Positions 1 through 13,594 of a DNA stretch of 64,000 nt are shown here, piece by piece. Below the pieces are notes generated by a model. It was not told where the DNA came from, ran no database searches, and saw only the letters and a program-made list of their open reading frames with translations. The stretch lies in contig NC_058368.1 of NCBI RefSeq assembly GCF_018350175.1, positions 126,606,001 through 126,670,000 of the forward strand. The letters run 5' to 3'. The DNA comes from Felis catus. Its lineage: Eukaryota. Position 1 is the stretch's first letter, and each line of letters opens with the position of its first letter. The translations under genes and the position numbers were made by a program.

Positions 1-260
1 GGTATATTGTCCTATGCAGTAATTCAATCAGAATTTCGGCCATTGTTACCCCAGCCTCAGGATTTTTAAAAAAACTCTCCCCAAGGGATTGGAGTATGAA
101 CTTACATTGAAAGATGAGAGCTTTTCCCAAGACAATTGTTTCATCACATATTATTGGAATTGGACACACATGTATTAATAATAACATTCTGGGGAAATAC
201 ATAAATGTATCTTATATAACTTCTTAACCCTTGTGTTTTTAAATTTTGCAGAATGATTTT

Positions 261-469
261 AAAAAATTTTTAATGTTTATTTTTGAAAGAGAGGGAGAGT
301 GTGCATGCACATAAGTGAGGGAGAGGCAGAGAAAGAGGGAGACACAGAATCTGAAGCAGGTTCCAGCCTTGTCAGCACAGAGCACGAGCCAGGCCTTGAA
401 CTCGTAAACCATGACATCATGACCTGAGCTGAAGTTAACGCTTAACCTACTGAGTCACTGAGGCACCCC
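261..469 (-). mobile_element. CanSINE (SINEC)
   Basis: tRNA-like head, (CT)n, A-tail; TSD TTGCAGAATGATTTT at 246-260 and 470-484. Confidence 0.95.
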
Positions 470-1257
470 TTGCAGAATGATTTTTAATGCCCCTACCTCT
501 AAAACCAATCCATTAAAAATGACAACTCTATCCCACATATTTCCAGTTTAGGCTAGATCTTAATGCTACGTTGTTTGCTAGGCTTTTTTTTTCCCTCAGA
601 AATTCTGTGATTCAGGTAGAAGCACAGCACTGAGTCTAAATATGGATCAGTAATTCAAACCAAAGAAGGATTCAGACCACAAGTCCTGGTCCTCTGAGGA
701 CCTACAGCCGAACCAGCTGTGTTCTGAGGGAGGGGCTCTTTCTAGAGTTCCTCCCAGTGTGAGAAACATAAGCTTGAACCCATGGGTCAAATCAAGGAGT
801 TTCCCCTGGAAGGGGTCAAGAGATGCAGTGACCAGTAGTAAGCACTTCCTATCTAAGAATTTATCATCAGTGCAGCTGCTGCAAAGGTGCCCAGGAGTCA
901 CTGACTGTTTCATTAATGGCCGAAGGACAGGAATGGAAAGGGCTTCAGTAGGCCTGTGGTAAACACTTCATCAAATGTGTGTTAGTCACATGTTTTAGCA
1001 GCCCTGTGTGGCATTTCCAGTGAACTCAGTCTGGGAGCAGCAGCAGCACCTGGTTGCTGATTTGGCATGAGGTGACAAGTATATATTATCTCTTTTCAGG
1101 TTTTCATCTTTCTCTTTGATGAGATGATTACTCAGAGAAGAGGTGAGGCCAGACTCTGAACTTCTAAGCAAGCCGAACAGGGATACAGTCAGGCTTGTGG
1201 CTTTCTAAACACTATGTATATATAATATATGTAAATATATATCAATATTATATATAA

Positions 1258-1501
1258 TATTTATTTTTGAGAAAGAGCATGAGCAGTTGGAGAGGCAGAG
1301 GAAGAGAGAGAGAGAGAGGAGAGAGAGAGAGAAGAGAAGAGAGGAGAGGAGAGAAGAGGAGAGGAGAGGAGAGGAGAATCCCAAGCAGGCTCCAGGCTCT
1401 GTATGGAGCTTGATACAGGGCTTGATCTCACGACCATGAGATCATGACCTGAACCAAAATCAAGAGTCAGACACTTAACCGACTGAACCACCCAGATACC
1501 T
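1258..1501 (-). mobile_element. CanSINE with expanded purine tract
   Basis: SINEC body; the internal (GA)n has become a GAGAG/GAAGA pentamer array at ~1300-1375. Confidence 0.92.
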
Positions 1502-1507
1502 GTGAAC

Positions 1508-1509
<2 letters not shown>

Positions 1510-1562
<53 letters not shown>
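1510..1562. repeat. (TA)n microsatellite
   Basis: Perfect TA run. Confidence 0.97.
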
Positions 1563-1567
<5 letters not shown>

Positions 1568-2199
1568 AAAACTTAGATATGAAGCCCACAGTATGCTGAA
1601 TATAGCATACAAGATTCATTGCAACCAATGAGGATTGTTTTTTGTTTGTTTCTCTTTTGTTTGCAATTAGGGGTTTTTGCATGGCAGTCACTTCAATGCC
1701 TCACAAACTTAGGAGTCTTTCAGGGGAAATAAGACATGTAGCTAGTTCTCTGGTCACCAGGCCACTATTATGGAATCAACCTTAACCCTAGAGTTGACTT
1801 CTCGGCCAGTCTCTTAGCTCTTCCCTTCCCTCTGTGCTTTCCAAGTGGCCAGGGTGTTTATGCTAGACACCCTACGATTTCCAAAGCCCCATTCTGCCGG
1901 GTCTGCTCTTCCAAACCTAGATGAGGTGTAATAACCGCGTGTACCTATCTTCACTCCAGCCACACCAGACCACGGATCATTACTCAAATGTGTGGTGCCC
2001 TTGCTACTTCTACTGTTCCATCAGAATCAGGGTCTCTGTTGTAGATCTCTATAGTACTGTTCTTCCTCCAAAAGTCAACTCACATACATCCTACTCCTCG
2101 ATAATGCAGATAATGTCTTAACTGAGGCCAGCCAGGAGTTAGGTGTTTGTTAAATGTTGGTTGTCTTTCCTTCCTCCAGACTTCTTGGTCCAGAATCAG

Positions 2200-2434
2200 T
2201 TACTTCCCAGGGTCTTCCCCTGCAATGCCTTTTATATATTTTATAAGCTCTTATTTCATCCTGCCTTGTGTTATCATTATTTACCTCTTCGTTTACACTA
2301 CTATGCTATAAAGTCCTTGAGTTTTGAGAATAAATTAGATCTATCTGTCTATTACCCAAGGATGTCTCAAAGAACCTTATACTTAGTAGACATTCAACCA
2401 ATATACAATTGATGAATGAATGAATGAATGAATG
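2200..2434 (+). mobile_element. L2 3' end
   Basis: Degenerate L2 terminus ending in (GAAT)n at ~2415-2433. Confidence 0.65.
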
Positions 2435-4006
2435 GGAAAACAAATGCCCATCCTTCGCTTACATAACTCCCTCTTCTACAGGGTTTTCTCCCTCCCTAAA
2501 CAAATTTTGTTAGCTAATTTCTTTCATACTTTCCAGGGACTAATCAGATTAAAACAATTCACAGAATATGTAAGTTGATAATTGATTTGCTAGGGTAGAT
2601 GGGAACATTTGCACTTGACACGGAGAATTTTATATTTCCAAATTGGCCTCCAATTTATAAAGGATTTATGATGAATATAGATAGGGGAGCCTTTTTCTTA
2701 CCCTCTGAGGCTAGGAAAACAAACAAACAAAACACAACCTCTCATTCTCCAGCAAGTTGCTTTGCTTCCTGTAAAGAGTCTGTCAGGGGATAAACACATG
2801 GAGCCAGAATCATTTTGTGGCATTTTCAGGCTGCTTACCGCCCACCCTTTCTCATCACCTTTGCAAAGAGCTCAGCTATATGTGGGACTTACGGAAAACA
2901 GAGACATGACAAAGGACAGATGGGTTATATGCTGAATATTTTAACTGGGTATCAGGAAGCAGCCAACTTTCTGAGAGCTAGTGATTGCGCATATATGCAC
3001 ATACACGAAGCTGTCCTTATGACATTTCAAAAGAACTCCGTCTTGTAGCCTGAGCTTAACATTAAGGACTTTGATTTATGACTTCTCATTAGCAGCCACT
3101 ACACATCATTGTGATTCAGTACCATCTTGCATAATAATTAACTCATCCATACGGTACGTGTTTGACAGCTAGAATGGAAAGCAATATTTGTTTCACGCCA
3201 CTTCTGCAGCTGCAGAGGGAATTCACACAATTTTTCTGGAATCAAGAGTCTCATGTATATCTTTTCTTGGTGGGGGAGGGAGGCTTCCTTTGATTCTTAT
3301 TTAAGCTTTGCGCAGTAATGCACAGGAGGCTAAAGCAGAAATAGATACTGCTTCTTTAACAATGAGTCCATCTGGCTTAGCCAACAAATTATGTTCCCTT
3401 CCTAACCTTTAATTTCTCATTGACCTACAAATGGGTTTAAATCTGCCTGGGTCTCCTGGCAAGAAGGTCAGAAGTCACTCTCATCCAAGAGCTCGGGTCT
3501 CCAGACCCTTCTATTGGACTTAACTGTTGAGAGAGTCTCCCCTCTTCTGCCAAATCATCTTGATCATCTCCATGTTAATCTCACCATGCTCAGTCTTCAG
3601 TGTCACTGGAGTCTCAAATAGGAAGGTGTTTCACAAAGTCAGTTTTCAAATCCAATGTGATTATAGATTCTGAAAAGATTCCAAAGCTGTAACACTCTGC
3701 ATATATAAAGATATTTATATTTTAATTATTATCATTGATAATTATTTCACGAGCCCTTGTTTCTGTATCAGAAAACTGCTTGATTGGTTCCTTGAGCTTG
3801 TTAATTTGCCCCTTAGGCGACACATACAAAAGCTGGCAAGGGGGCAGTGGAAGGGAAAACTAAAGCAGTGGACTTGACATTTGTGATTGTTCTGACAGAA
3901 ATACCAAGCCATCTCACTCACATTAAGCCATACTGCGAGAGGGTACAGCTCTCACTGATCCCTCACCTACGATCAAAATCTCCATTTTTTTCTAACATTG
4001 TTTCTT

Positions 4007-4221
4007 TAAAAAAATTTTTTTTAACATTTATTTATTTTTGAGAGATAGTGTGCGAGTGGGGTAAGAGCAGAGAGAGAAGGAGACACAGAATCCAAAACAG
4101 GCTCCAGGCTCTGAACTGTCAGCACAGAGCCCAATGCAGGGCTCGAACCCATGATAAGATCATGCCCGGACCTGAAGTTGAATGGTTAGACGTTTGACTG
4201 GCTGAGCCACCCAGGCACACC
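4007..4221 (-). mobile_element. CanSINE
   Basis: SINEC body; diverged TSD TTCTAACATTGTTTCT / TTCTAACTTTGCTTCT. Confidence 0.93.
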
Positions 4222-4323
4222 TTCTAACTTTGCTTCTGATCAAATCTGTTTTGAATGAGATTTTAAGGCAACAAGAGACATGTATTATGCTGACATGTAA
4301 AGGATCTGTACTGGAACTTTCAG

Positions 4324-4508
4324 TAGGGTTGCACAATTAGCAAATAAAAGTATAAACTGTCCAGCTGAATTTGAATTCAGGTAAATAATGAATACTTTTT
4401 AAGTAAAGTATTACCATGCTATATTTTGGACATATTTATATTCAGAAATTATTTATTCTTTATCTGAACACATCTAACCGGGCACCCTGTGTTTTATCCA
4501 GCTAGCCT
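4324..4508. mobile_element. MER53-like palindromic hAT MITE
   Basis: tagggttgc..ttagcaaataaaa..tttgaattcaggtaaataatgaata...tttatctga...ttttatccagctagccta matches the recalled MER53 consensus. Confidence 0.8.
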
Positions 4509-4832
4509 ATTCTTTAGAAATATGTAGACAACCTGAATACAGTGCAAAAAATTTTAAAACACTGACATTCTAACACATCTCCATTAAACTTCCCTTTCCC
4601 TGCTTCCTGCCATCTGCTTCTTCCATTTTTCTAGAGGTCACAGCTGGTAACCAAAAGCTTGCTGTTATTTAGTCAAAATATTTATTATTTCTGGCAAAAG
4701 AGTATGAACGTCTGAAGGCTGAGGTGGGAAACTTTCATAAAGAAAACAGCATAATGTGGGTTCACTGGTACCCATTCCATGGTACCCACCCCATTCTATT
4801 GATATGTTGTTTTTGTGAATAACATATAAAAT

Positions 4833-4835
<3 letters not shown>

Positions 4836-4873
<38 letters not shown>
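4836..4873. repeat. (TA)n(TG)n microsatellite
   Basis: Dinucleotide run. Confidence 0.9.
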
Positions 4874-4874
<1 letters not shown>

Positions 4875-5039
4875 ATCACCTTGTTATTTAAATATCCCTT
4901 TTGCTATCAATAGAATTATGAAATTCTTTAGTGTGGAACAACATAAAGTAAATCACTATAAATTTAACATATTCAGCTCCGAGTAATTTAGTTTGTAAAT
5001 ACTCACTAAACATTTATTTTAAATTACAGCAAGTGTTTT

Positions 5040-5200
5040 GGGGCGCCTGGGATGGCTAAGATCTCACAGTCTGTGAGATTAAGACCCACATCGGACCCTG
5101 CGCTGATGCAGAGCCTGCTTGGGGTTCTCTCTGCCCCTACCCTACTTGCACATGTTCTCTCTCGGTCTCTCTCAAAATAAATAAATAAACATTTTTTAAA
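5040..5200 (+). mobile_element. CanSINE, internally deleted
   Basis: TSD AAATTACAGCAAGTGTT / AAATTACAGCAAGCGTT; part of the tRNA-like head is missing. Confidence 0.92.
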
Positions 5201-6059
5201 AAATTACAGCAAGCGTTACTATCAAGATCTTAAAAAACTCCCTAGCACTTAAATGGTTCCAACTGAGATTTGATATCGTCTATGTCCAGTCCTCCTTTCT
5301 ATTAAATAAACTCTTTAATTCTTTCAGGCCTTTAAACAATACATTTAGAGTCATCTCTGACGAAAACAAAAAAGAGCTTTTACTGTCACTGCATGTGTTC
5401 ATCATATAACACCATATGATGTTAGAAAGGTAGAGAATTTTACCCCTATACCGGCCCTCACACTTGTTAATATAAAGATTAGGAAATTCTTTAAAAGGCA
5501 TAGGCTATTCCACATTATCTGGAAGGAATTTCAAGTAAAATTATCTATCAATCCAGAGAGAATGCTAGAAAAATACTAAGAACAATAAAGATAATTAATT
5601 CTTTTAGTCATTATCATCTATGCATTTTTTGTCATTGTGTTTATCCTTGACATTATAATTACCTGCTTTTGTGTCTTTTCTCTCCCCTAAACTGGTAATT
5701 CCTGTGAGGTAATAAGAACCCCGCCTCATTTTTTTAGTGTTGCCATTGTTTGGCAGTGCCTGGTTCATAGTATGAAGAGTAGCTATTTCGAAAAGTCTGG
5801 GAACTGTCGCTCTAAGATAGAATGTAATTGAACTGAGAGTGTTAAGTACAACTACTCAACATTCTCATGGGAGGAATCATACCTCTTTGTTGGCTTGCCT
5901 GTAGCCCCAACTTGGCATTTCCCAAAGATCTGTAAGTCCTGTGTGTGTGGATGAGTATGTGTATCTTTCAGAACTTAATTGTACATAGATAAAGAAATAT
6001 ATATGTATGTATGTATGCATGTGTATGTAGATATCCATTTAGAAAGAATTCACCAGAAA

Positions 6060-6495
6060 GTGTAGGGAATCTTTATGAGGTGGAGATGGCTAACTCTCCA
6101 TCAGATTTATGCTGCAGGTAGCATAGTTACTGGGGCATAGGTGCAGTGACGTACTGAGTTTCCCAGTTCTCTTACACCTAGGTGGGCCATGTGATTTGTT
6201 CTCACCAGCAGAATGCCAGCTAAGGTAGTGTGTGCTACTTTTCTTTTCTGCATCCCTATTTTCCTTTTTGAGTGGGCTTGATGAAGAATCTTAGAGACCA
6301 GGGTCAAGGCGGTACAGCCAGAAAATGGAAGGTGCCTGGGTTTCTAGACATCACTCCTGAAAAGACAGCTTCCCCCGACCTCCTCAATCAGCCACATTCA
6401 TTTTGGACATTATGTGTACAAGGCATAAGTTTCTGTCATGTTTGTGCCATAGGTTTATTTGCTTCAGAAAGTAGCCTCCCTCCTAACTAATATCA
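6060..6495 (+). mobile_element. ERVL-class solo LTR (LTR16-like)
   Basis: tttcccagttctc..taggtgggccatgtgatttgttctc..gtgtgtgctactt..aaaatggaaggtgcctggg resembles LTR16-type LTRs; subfamily uncertain. Confidence 0.6.
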
Positions 6496-8127
6496 TTTAT
6501 TGGTAGAATTTTATTTAGCACCTATTCCCTTTTTTTTCTCTTCTGTCCATGCTAGAAGCGGTTGTTCAGACTATTACTTCTTATAGTTTGCCTTCCCCAT
6601 CTTTCCTTCATAGTGCTTCGAAAAGTCCCAGTACTGAGAAATTGACTCTTAAAAAATTTTTTTCCAAGTGAATGGTTCAGTGTGAATTTTCTTTTCACTT
6701 TAGAAACATTTATCTAGCACTCATTCAGTAGAGCATGCATCCTGTGAGGGCTTGGGAATGAAAAGATCATTAGCTGATGAGTTATCAAAAGAAACAAACA
6801 TATAAAGGATAAATTCCAATGGAACAGAATAAAAAATAGAGTGTCATGAAGTCTTTAGGAGTAGTCACTTGGAGCCATGCTGTCTCTGCTTGGAGTAGAA
6901 GCATTCAGAGAGCAAGGTGACCTTGAGCTAGTCTTGGAGGATGAATATAAGGTCTGCCAAAGGATATGAGTCACTGTTTACATCTTTTAACCATTTATAC
7001 AATGAACAGAGGATATTACTCTTCATAAAACGATATTGGTTTGTCTTATTAAAACTGATCACATTCATCAGGAATAACTGTACGTTGTTTATTTGGAGGC
7101 TTTTGGTGAACAAAGTTTTCAGTTGCTAGTTTTACCATTAATAATTTATTCTTTTGCTCAGTTCTCATGAGCTCATTTACAATTTTTTTAAGCTTGAGGA
7201 TTTGTTTTTAATGAAATTCTTTTGTCCATCTGGAATTTATGGTTGTGTATGACAACAAATTATTTCATCCATGATTAATCTATGTTTGTTAATCATTACT
7301 TATTTGTCCATTATTTTATTTCACATAGTAATTTATTACACATATAGACTTGGGTCCATTCCAAGGACCTCTATTCTGTTCTGTCATTCTAGTCTTGTAT
7401 TTTGAACTTGTATCCTGTAATTTTAACACCTGGAGCTTTATAATATATTGTTATTTATGAGTGGCCAGTTCCTCAATGTTAGTCTTCCCTTTCACTGATC
7501 CAGCTTTATATAATGTTCACTCTGGCAAGGGACTGGTTTCCGAAGGCTGGAAGTTTAAAAACCCATAAAATGAATGAGAAGAAATTGGGAAAGTTAGGGG
7601 AAAAAAGGAAATAATAAGTTATATATTTGGTACTTTCTACTTCTTGTTATTGTGAGTGTTTCAAGGAAAGAGATCTTGTTCTTCTTTGTAACTCAATTTT
7701 AAGGCCTTGGAGAATAGATGTGTGATGTATGTGTTGAAATGAATCATTACCTGGCCTTGGCTTGTTTCTTTGCAGGCCATGTACTCTATTCAAAGATCAG
7801 CTGATGAAGACTTGCATTCAACAGCTGTTTGTAATAGACACAGAAATTCTAGGAAATATTTATTAGAAAAAGTTGAAACTCTGAAGTTAAAAGGGCTTTG
7901 AAAAAGAAGAAGAAACTAGGTCTCTGACTCTCCAAAGCAATTAACTGGTTTCTATTAATATATATGGAAATTATTTCCTCAGCCAGTAGAGTCTTTTTAA
8001 TTACATTGCAAAACTTTTACTTTTTACCTTTGTAGCTCATCGTAATCCATACCTTCTTTGAAAAACAAGATTTAAAACTAGATTAGGTTTGAAAGAGGTG
8101 CTGTATTTATTAAAATAAAAAAGTTAT

Positions 8128-8349
8128 GGGGCGCCCGGGTGGCTCAGTCAGTTAAGCATCCGACTTTGGCTCAGGTTATGGCTCACCGCTTGTGAGTTCG
8201 AGCCCCGCAGCTCTGTGGCTGGAAGCTCAGAGCCTGGAGCCTGTTTCGGATTCTGTGTGTGTGTGTGTGTCTCTCTCTCTGTCCCACACCCGCTCACCCT
8301 CTGTCTCTGTCTCTCTCAAGAGTGAATAAACATTAAAAAAATTTTTTTT
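8128..8349 (+). mobile_element. CanSINE (felid type)
   Basis: Full head and tail; TSD AAGTTATG. Confidence 0.95.
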
Positions 8350-8434
8350 AAGTTATGCCATCATATATAGATATTGACCATTGCTCAGTTTGGTCTAGAT
8401 CATAGTTGACACAGAAAGCCACAGGCAGAATTGA

Positions 8435-8528
8435 AGAGGGCCTGTTTGTTCACAGCGTATCTCCAGTACTCAAGCAGTGCCTGAAGACACATAGTGGGTG
8501 CTCAGTAAACATTTGTTGAGGGATTGAA
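8435..8528 (+). mobile_element. L2 3' tail
   Basis: cagtgcctg..cacatagtgggtgctcagtaaacatttgttga. Confidence 0.7.
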
Positions 8529-9479
8529 GTGGTATCAAGCCTGAGTCACAGCCAGCAAAGCAGCTCACTGAAGGAATAATCATTGATCTAAGTCAGAGAG
8601 TTGGAGACACGTTTCGGAAGCAGAACACAAGATAGATTAAAGCAAGAGGCTTGGACAGAAGCCATGCATGGTGATAAGTCTGAGAGAGGGAGACCAACCT
8701 CCTGGCTTTAGTGATTGTGGATGACGAGTTTGTTAGACTTGCTTGGCCTTATGTTTGCGAAATACTTAACTGTTTTTCAGAACATGGAATTAAACTTGCC
8801 ATTTTAGTGTTTTTAAATAAAGTTCTAAATTAATGATTTAAATGTGGGTCAGAATTGCTGTTGTTGATTTGCCTTCATCTGAAGCCTCTCAAACATTGTC
8901 TTTTCAGCTATACCTCAAAATAAAATAGCAAAATTAGGAGCAAAAGTATGCAAAAATAAATATGAAATCAGCTTTCAGACTCAAGTGTGCTTACTGTGAG
9001 TACTTTCTGACTCAGGGAAATGTTAAACAGATGTAGAACTCCACACTTTTCTTAAACTAGTAATAAAATTATTCCAGACATTAGAAAAAAAAGAAGTTTC
9101 TTTTACTCAAACTATGGCATGTAAGTGAAATTCCGGATAACTACATAATGAAATAACTTCTGGAACTTGCTTAGTAACTACCAGTTTCCTAAACTCTGTA
9201 AATATGCAGTATGCAGGACCAAATCTGTCAGCTCAGCGGTATCCCCTACCAGAAGATATACCAGAAGTAACAGCTCAGTTCACAAAATACTTCTGCTATA
9301 ACTTAATAATAGAACTGTATCTCATTGCTGGGGAAAGACCAAAATATCAGCCCCTAATAAGCTGTAAGGGATTTAGGAATTCAGCCAACCCTGAAAACTC
9401 CCAACAGGACAGTGTCCCAAAAGAATATCCTTGTAAGGAGAAGTTCAGGCAACCATCAATTTGTTCTCTGTACTTACAG

Positions 9480-9678
9480 GTCTGATTCTGTGTTTTGTTT
9501 GTTTGTTTATTCATTTATTTTGTTGTTTTAGATTCCACATATGGGTGAAATCATATGGTGTCTATATTTCTCAGTCTGAATTATTTCACTTAGCATAATA
9601 CCTTCTAGGTCTATCCATGCGGTCACAAACGGCAAGATCTCTCTCTTTTTTTTCTTTGTTTAATGACTGCATAACATC

Positions 9679-9735
<57 letters not shown>

Positions 9736-9750
9736 CACATCTTCTTTATG
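9480..9750 (-). mobile_element. L1 fragment (ORF2 end/3'UTR) containing (TG)n at 9682-9732
   Basis: gattccacatatgggtgaaatcatatgg..ttatttcacttagcataatacc..ggcaagat. Confidence 0.85.
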
Positions 9751-9774
9751 ATTTCTTTGGGTAGAATAGGTCAC

Positions 9775-9941
9775 GGGGGTGCTTGGGTGGCTCAGTTGGT
9801 TAAGTGTCTGACTTGATTTCAGTTCAGGTCAGCTGACAGTGCAGAGCCTGCTTGGGATTCTCTCCCTCCCTCTCTCTCAGCCCCTTCCCTGCTTGTGCTC
9901 TCTCTCTTTGAAAAAAATAAATAAACTAAAAAAAAAAAAAA
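9775..9941 (+). mobile_element. CanSINE, internally deleted
   Basis: Head and A-tail present; TSD AGAATAGGTCA / AGAATAGTTCA. Confidence 0.9.
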
Positions 9942-12900
9942 AGAATAGTTCAGGTAGCACAGTGTAGAAAACTCATTGAATCAACTGCAAAAAAGATTTT
10001 TTCAAAGGGAATGATGTATATTCCGAGTGGAACATTTGCGTATGTTCATCTTAAACTGTTCATGTTTAAGGTTTTGTGATATACCAGCATTTCCAGTCAA
10101 TGAGAATTCTCAGCACTTATCTCTTTTGTGTGACTCCAAGTGGTAATTGATTCCTGATGGACTTTGTCCAGCTGTTAAGTGAAGTAGCAAACAAGACAGA
10201 AGTATTAGAGCTTTGGGGGAAGTATAGAGCTCTGAAATTCCTTCATATTACTTTGCTCAGTTTTATTACTTTTCAGCTACTACCTAAAATGCATATTTAT
10301 TCATCAGTTTAAAATCAGTGTGTTACTTGAATAATATAATCATATACCAGCTTGCCAAAATATTATACTATGGAAATTTACTCCCAATCTGAAAATAGTT
10401 GTCGACAACTTAACTACATATAAGGAATTAGGCTAAATGCTTTATTGCAGAAGCCATTATTTCAGGACTGCAGGCAGGGTCAGTTTTAACCTGGACCTTC
10501 AAGAGTGGAAAGAAATCATTTAAAAAAAAAATTACATTCCTAGTGCAAAAGCGGTTAATAGGATGTTTTGAGCCTGTTTAAACACCCTCCAAGATTCATA
10601 AATATTCATTGAATCAATTAGTTATTTGAAGCTTGATGTTCTGCTGCTGAACGAAAATAATTATCTGCTAAGGTGGGTGTCCTGTCTGGAGCCTGCATTT
10701 ATTTTGAAATGTGTGAAGGAAACCAGTGAAGATTATCATTTTGATCTTTATGTAGAGGCATCTTTTAACTGAACTATAGACTTAACTTTTTCTTACCTAA
10801 AAGATATAAGAATTTTATAAAGTGGGGGCAGAAATCTCACATGCCTTTTTTCTGATTCCTGAATCATCATAGATTTTAAGCAGTCATTTCTTAAAAATAA
10901 CTTTTAAGAAATGCCTAGTAAATTCTTATCAATTTATAATGGGATAAATCCTCAACTACCCAGAATCTCCAGTTTCCCTGAAACTGTTCAGATCCAGAAA
11001 TAATTCTATACCATCAACTATCCCCCTTATCTCCAGTAGGCTTTTAAGGCAAGAAGGGACTCCTGAGCGTCTGGAAAAGTCAGCATTAAGGAGAGATGGA
11101 GCCAACTAAAGAGATGCTCAGACATTGGATCAGTATCTGGTCTGCCCAGGATGAGAAGGGGAAGGCTGGGAGGGGAAGGAGCACCCTTGCTCACTGGTCC
11201 TGTTCATAAAAGGCACAAAGGCAAGAAGCATGGGAGAAGTGATAAGAGGCAAGAATTGAAGAACTGGAACAAAGGGAAAGGCAGATAAACAATTCTGTTG
11301 TGTTGGTGGTGTCAGGGATAAAATGGGCATCACGGGGCTGATGGACAGCTGTGTGTGACTGGACAGGGAGGGAGGGAAGACCCCTTGGGAGCCCTCGGCT
11401 TCCCACCTGTCCAAAATGTGGTGAATGTTTGAATGTATGAATATTTCAGCATTGAAAGGTTTTATTTTCTTTGTTGAGGATAGAGGAAGAAGCATGACTT
11501 TCCATCAGTGGTAGAAAAAATTTGTCAGGTGCTAGATTTCAACTTGGGGAGGGGTGAAGGAGGCCTGGAGGTTGGGGTTGGAGTTGGGGATAGGTAGAGG
11601 TGGGACAGGTCAATTCTTTGGTTCCAAGAGAGGAGCAAAATATACACAATATTTTGTGGACACTTTCCATCATAAGATTTCAGTTCTGGCACTTATAGGG
11701 TTAATGGTCATCCTTGTGTTATATGGAGTGAGCTGTGCAATTACTCCCTGTCTCCCTGGTTGAAACTTCCACTTTCAAGCACAGTTATTATACTGTCCAT
11801 GTTATTAACAAAGGTCCCGTGGAAACTCACTAAATAATTTATGTAAGCAGAGGAACTTAACGATTGTGATCCAGATACCATTGTCAGAGGGGCAAGCTAT
11901 TGTGAGTCTCAGTCTTATGTCTTACTATGATTTCTAGTTCAACCTTTTCCAACTCAGGTACCTTACACATAGTAGATGTGAAAAAAATGCTTGCCCAAAT
12001 GAAAAGAGGTGAGGGTCGATGTGACCCACAGCATGAGTATGTGTATAGCCCAGAGCCAAGTTAGTAAGGAAGACACTAAGGAGAGGTAATATTTGTCTTT
12101 GGGGGTGGGGGACAACACACACTGCCCAACACACCCGCAATGGTAATTACCCCAGCCAAGAGTAAACCAGACAAATATTCATACAACTGTACTAGCCATG
12201 AAGAGTGACAACAGCAAAGAGGAACCAGAAATGTTTATTTCATGTTCAATATGTTAACTGTGTGTTCCTTCTTGAAAGACACAAAACTGAAGCACAAAAA
12301 ACAGAATAACAGATTTCACTATCTAGTATTTGTTACGCTGAGCACTGCCTGTGACCCTCTCCATCCTCCGTCCCCCAGCATTCATCCAGAAAGCTTGTGG
12401 GTTTTCTTGGCCTTTTTTTTTTCCTTTTTCCTTTTCTTCTTCTTTTTTCTTTTCTTCCCCCTCCCCCCCTTTTTTTTTACTCCTGCACAAATCAATAAAA
12501 CGTTTTATGCCAGCCCAAGTTAAATTGCAAGCAACATAGGCAAGGAAACCAAAAAAAGGTGAGAAAAAAAATCAGATTGGCTTTAATATGCTGAATTTAA
12601 GACATGAAGTTGCAGCTGACAGCTGACACATTATCAACTGGAAATCATTCTCTGATTGCTTGCTTACACAACCCCAAAAGAAGGCGGCCACACAAGGCTG
12701 TGACAAAGAGGGCTGTATTCCTAAGGAGGATAACAGAAGGACACAGATAGATAATTTCCAGAAGAAACTGCTACTTTCTGACTTCTTATTCTAGGGCAAT
12801 GCCTTTTGATGTCCTGATTTAATGTGGTTGTAAGCCTGAACTAATCTGATGTAATAAAAGCTTAATTGGCTATTTCCAATTAACATTTTCCTTTAATCTG

Positions 12901-13594
12901 ACTATTTGTTTTCATCTGACATAGATTGCTATTCCTCAGGGCAGAATATACTTTGTGTATTGTGGTTTGCAAATTGTGAAGTCATTTGTGTTTGTGTTCG
13001 ATTTGTGTTTGGGGTACAGTTATAAACTGTAAGTTACTCCTTATAATTGCGTATCTGAATGTCTGTCTCCCTGGGCTACTGCAAGAGACTGCTGCAGGCT
13101 GGACAGGACGAGAGGTCAGGATTGGGAGCCGGCAGGGCAGGGCAGGAGTCCTTGATGGCCTCTGGATGATTGAAGCATCCAGGGAGGGGAATGCCTCCTG
13201 ACAGGGTCTGTGATGCCGGGAGGAAGGAACCTGCTGCTCCTTGGTGATGCTGTTGTCCAGGCACAAGGCAGCGGGGAGCCTCCCGTCCCCTAAAATTCCC
13301 ACTGAGCGGCATTTTGGAACCCAAAGAACTGCTAAGTGTGGGGACTGCTGAACACTCTGCAGTAATTTGCACACTTGCACATCATCGTTGACATTATACT
13401 CTCACTTTTGCATTTCAACGAAATTCTAGCATACAAATGTATAAACTAAAAGAATATGATGTTCTGAAGCAGATGAAGTATTAAAACTCAGGCAAGTATT
13501 ATTTAATAAAGTAATCTTTTTATTTATTGTGACTATTGGTACATTATGACATATTTCTAGCCACCTTTCTTTTTTGCTCTTTTTTTTGGGGGGG

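Noticed and set aside
1100..1142. + strand 43-nt exon-like block (ttttcag|..GAG|gtgagg)
   Set aside because: Isolated, with no recognisable peptide or partner exons; such matches arise by chance.
7777..7900. + strand acceptor followed by a short ORF (MYSIQRSADEDL..)
   Set aside because: No donor, no homology and no other support.
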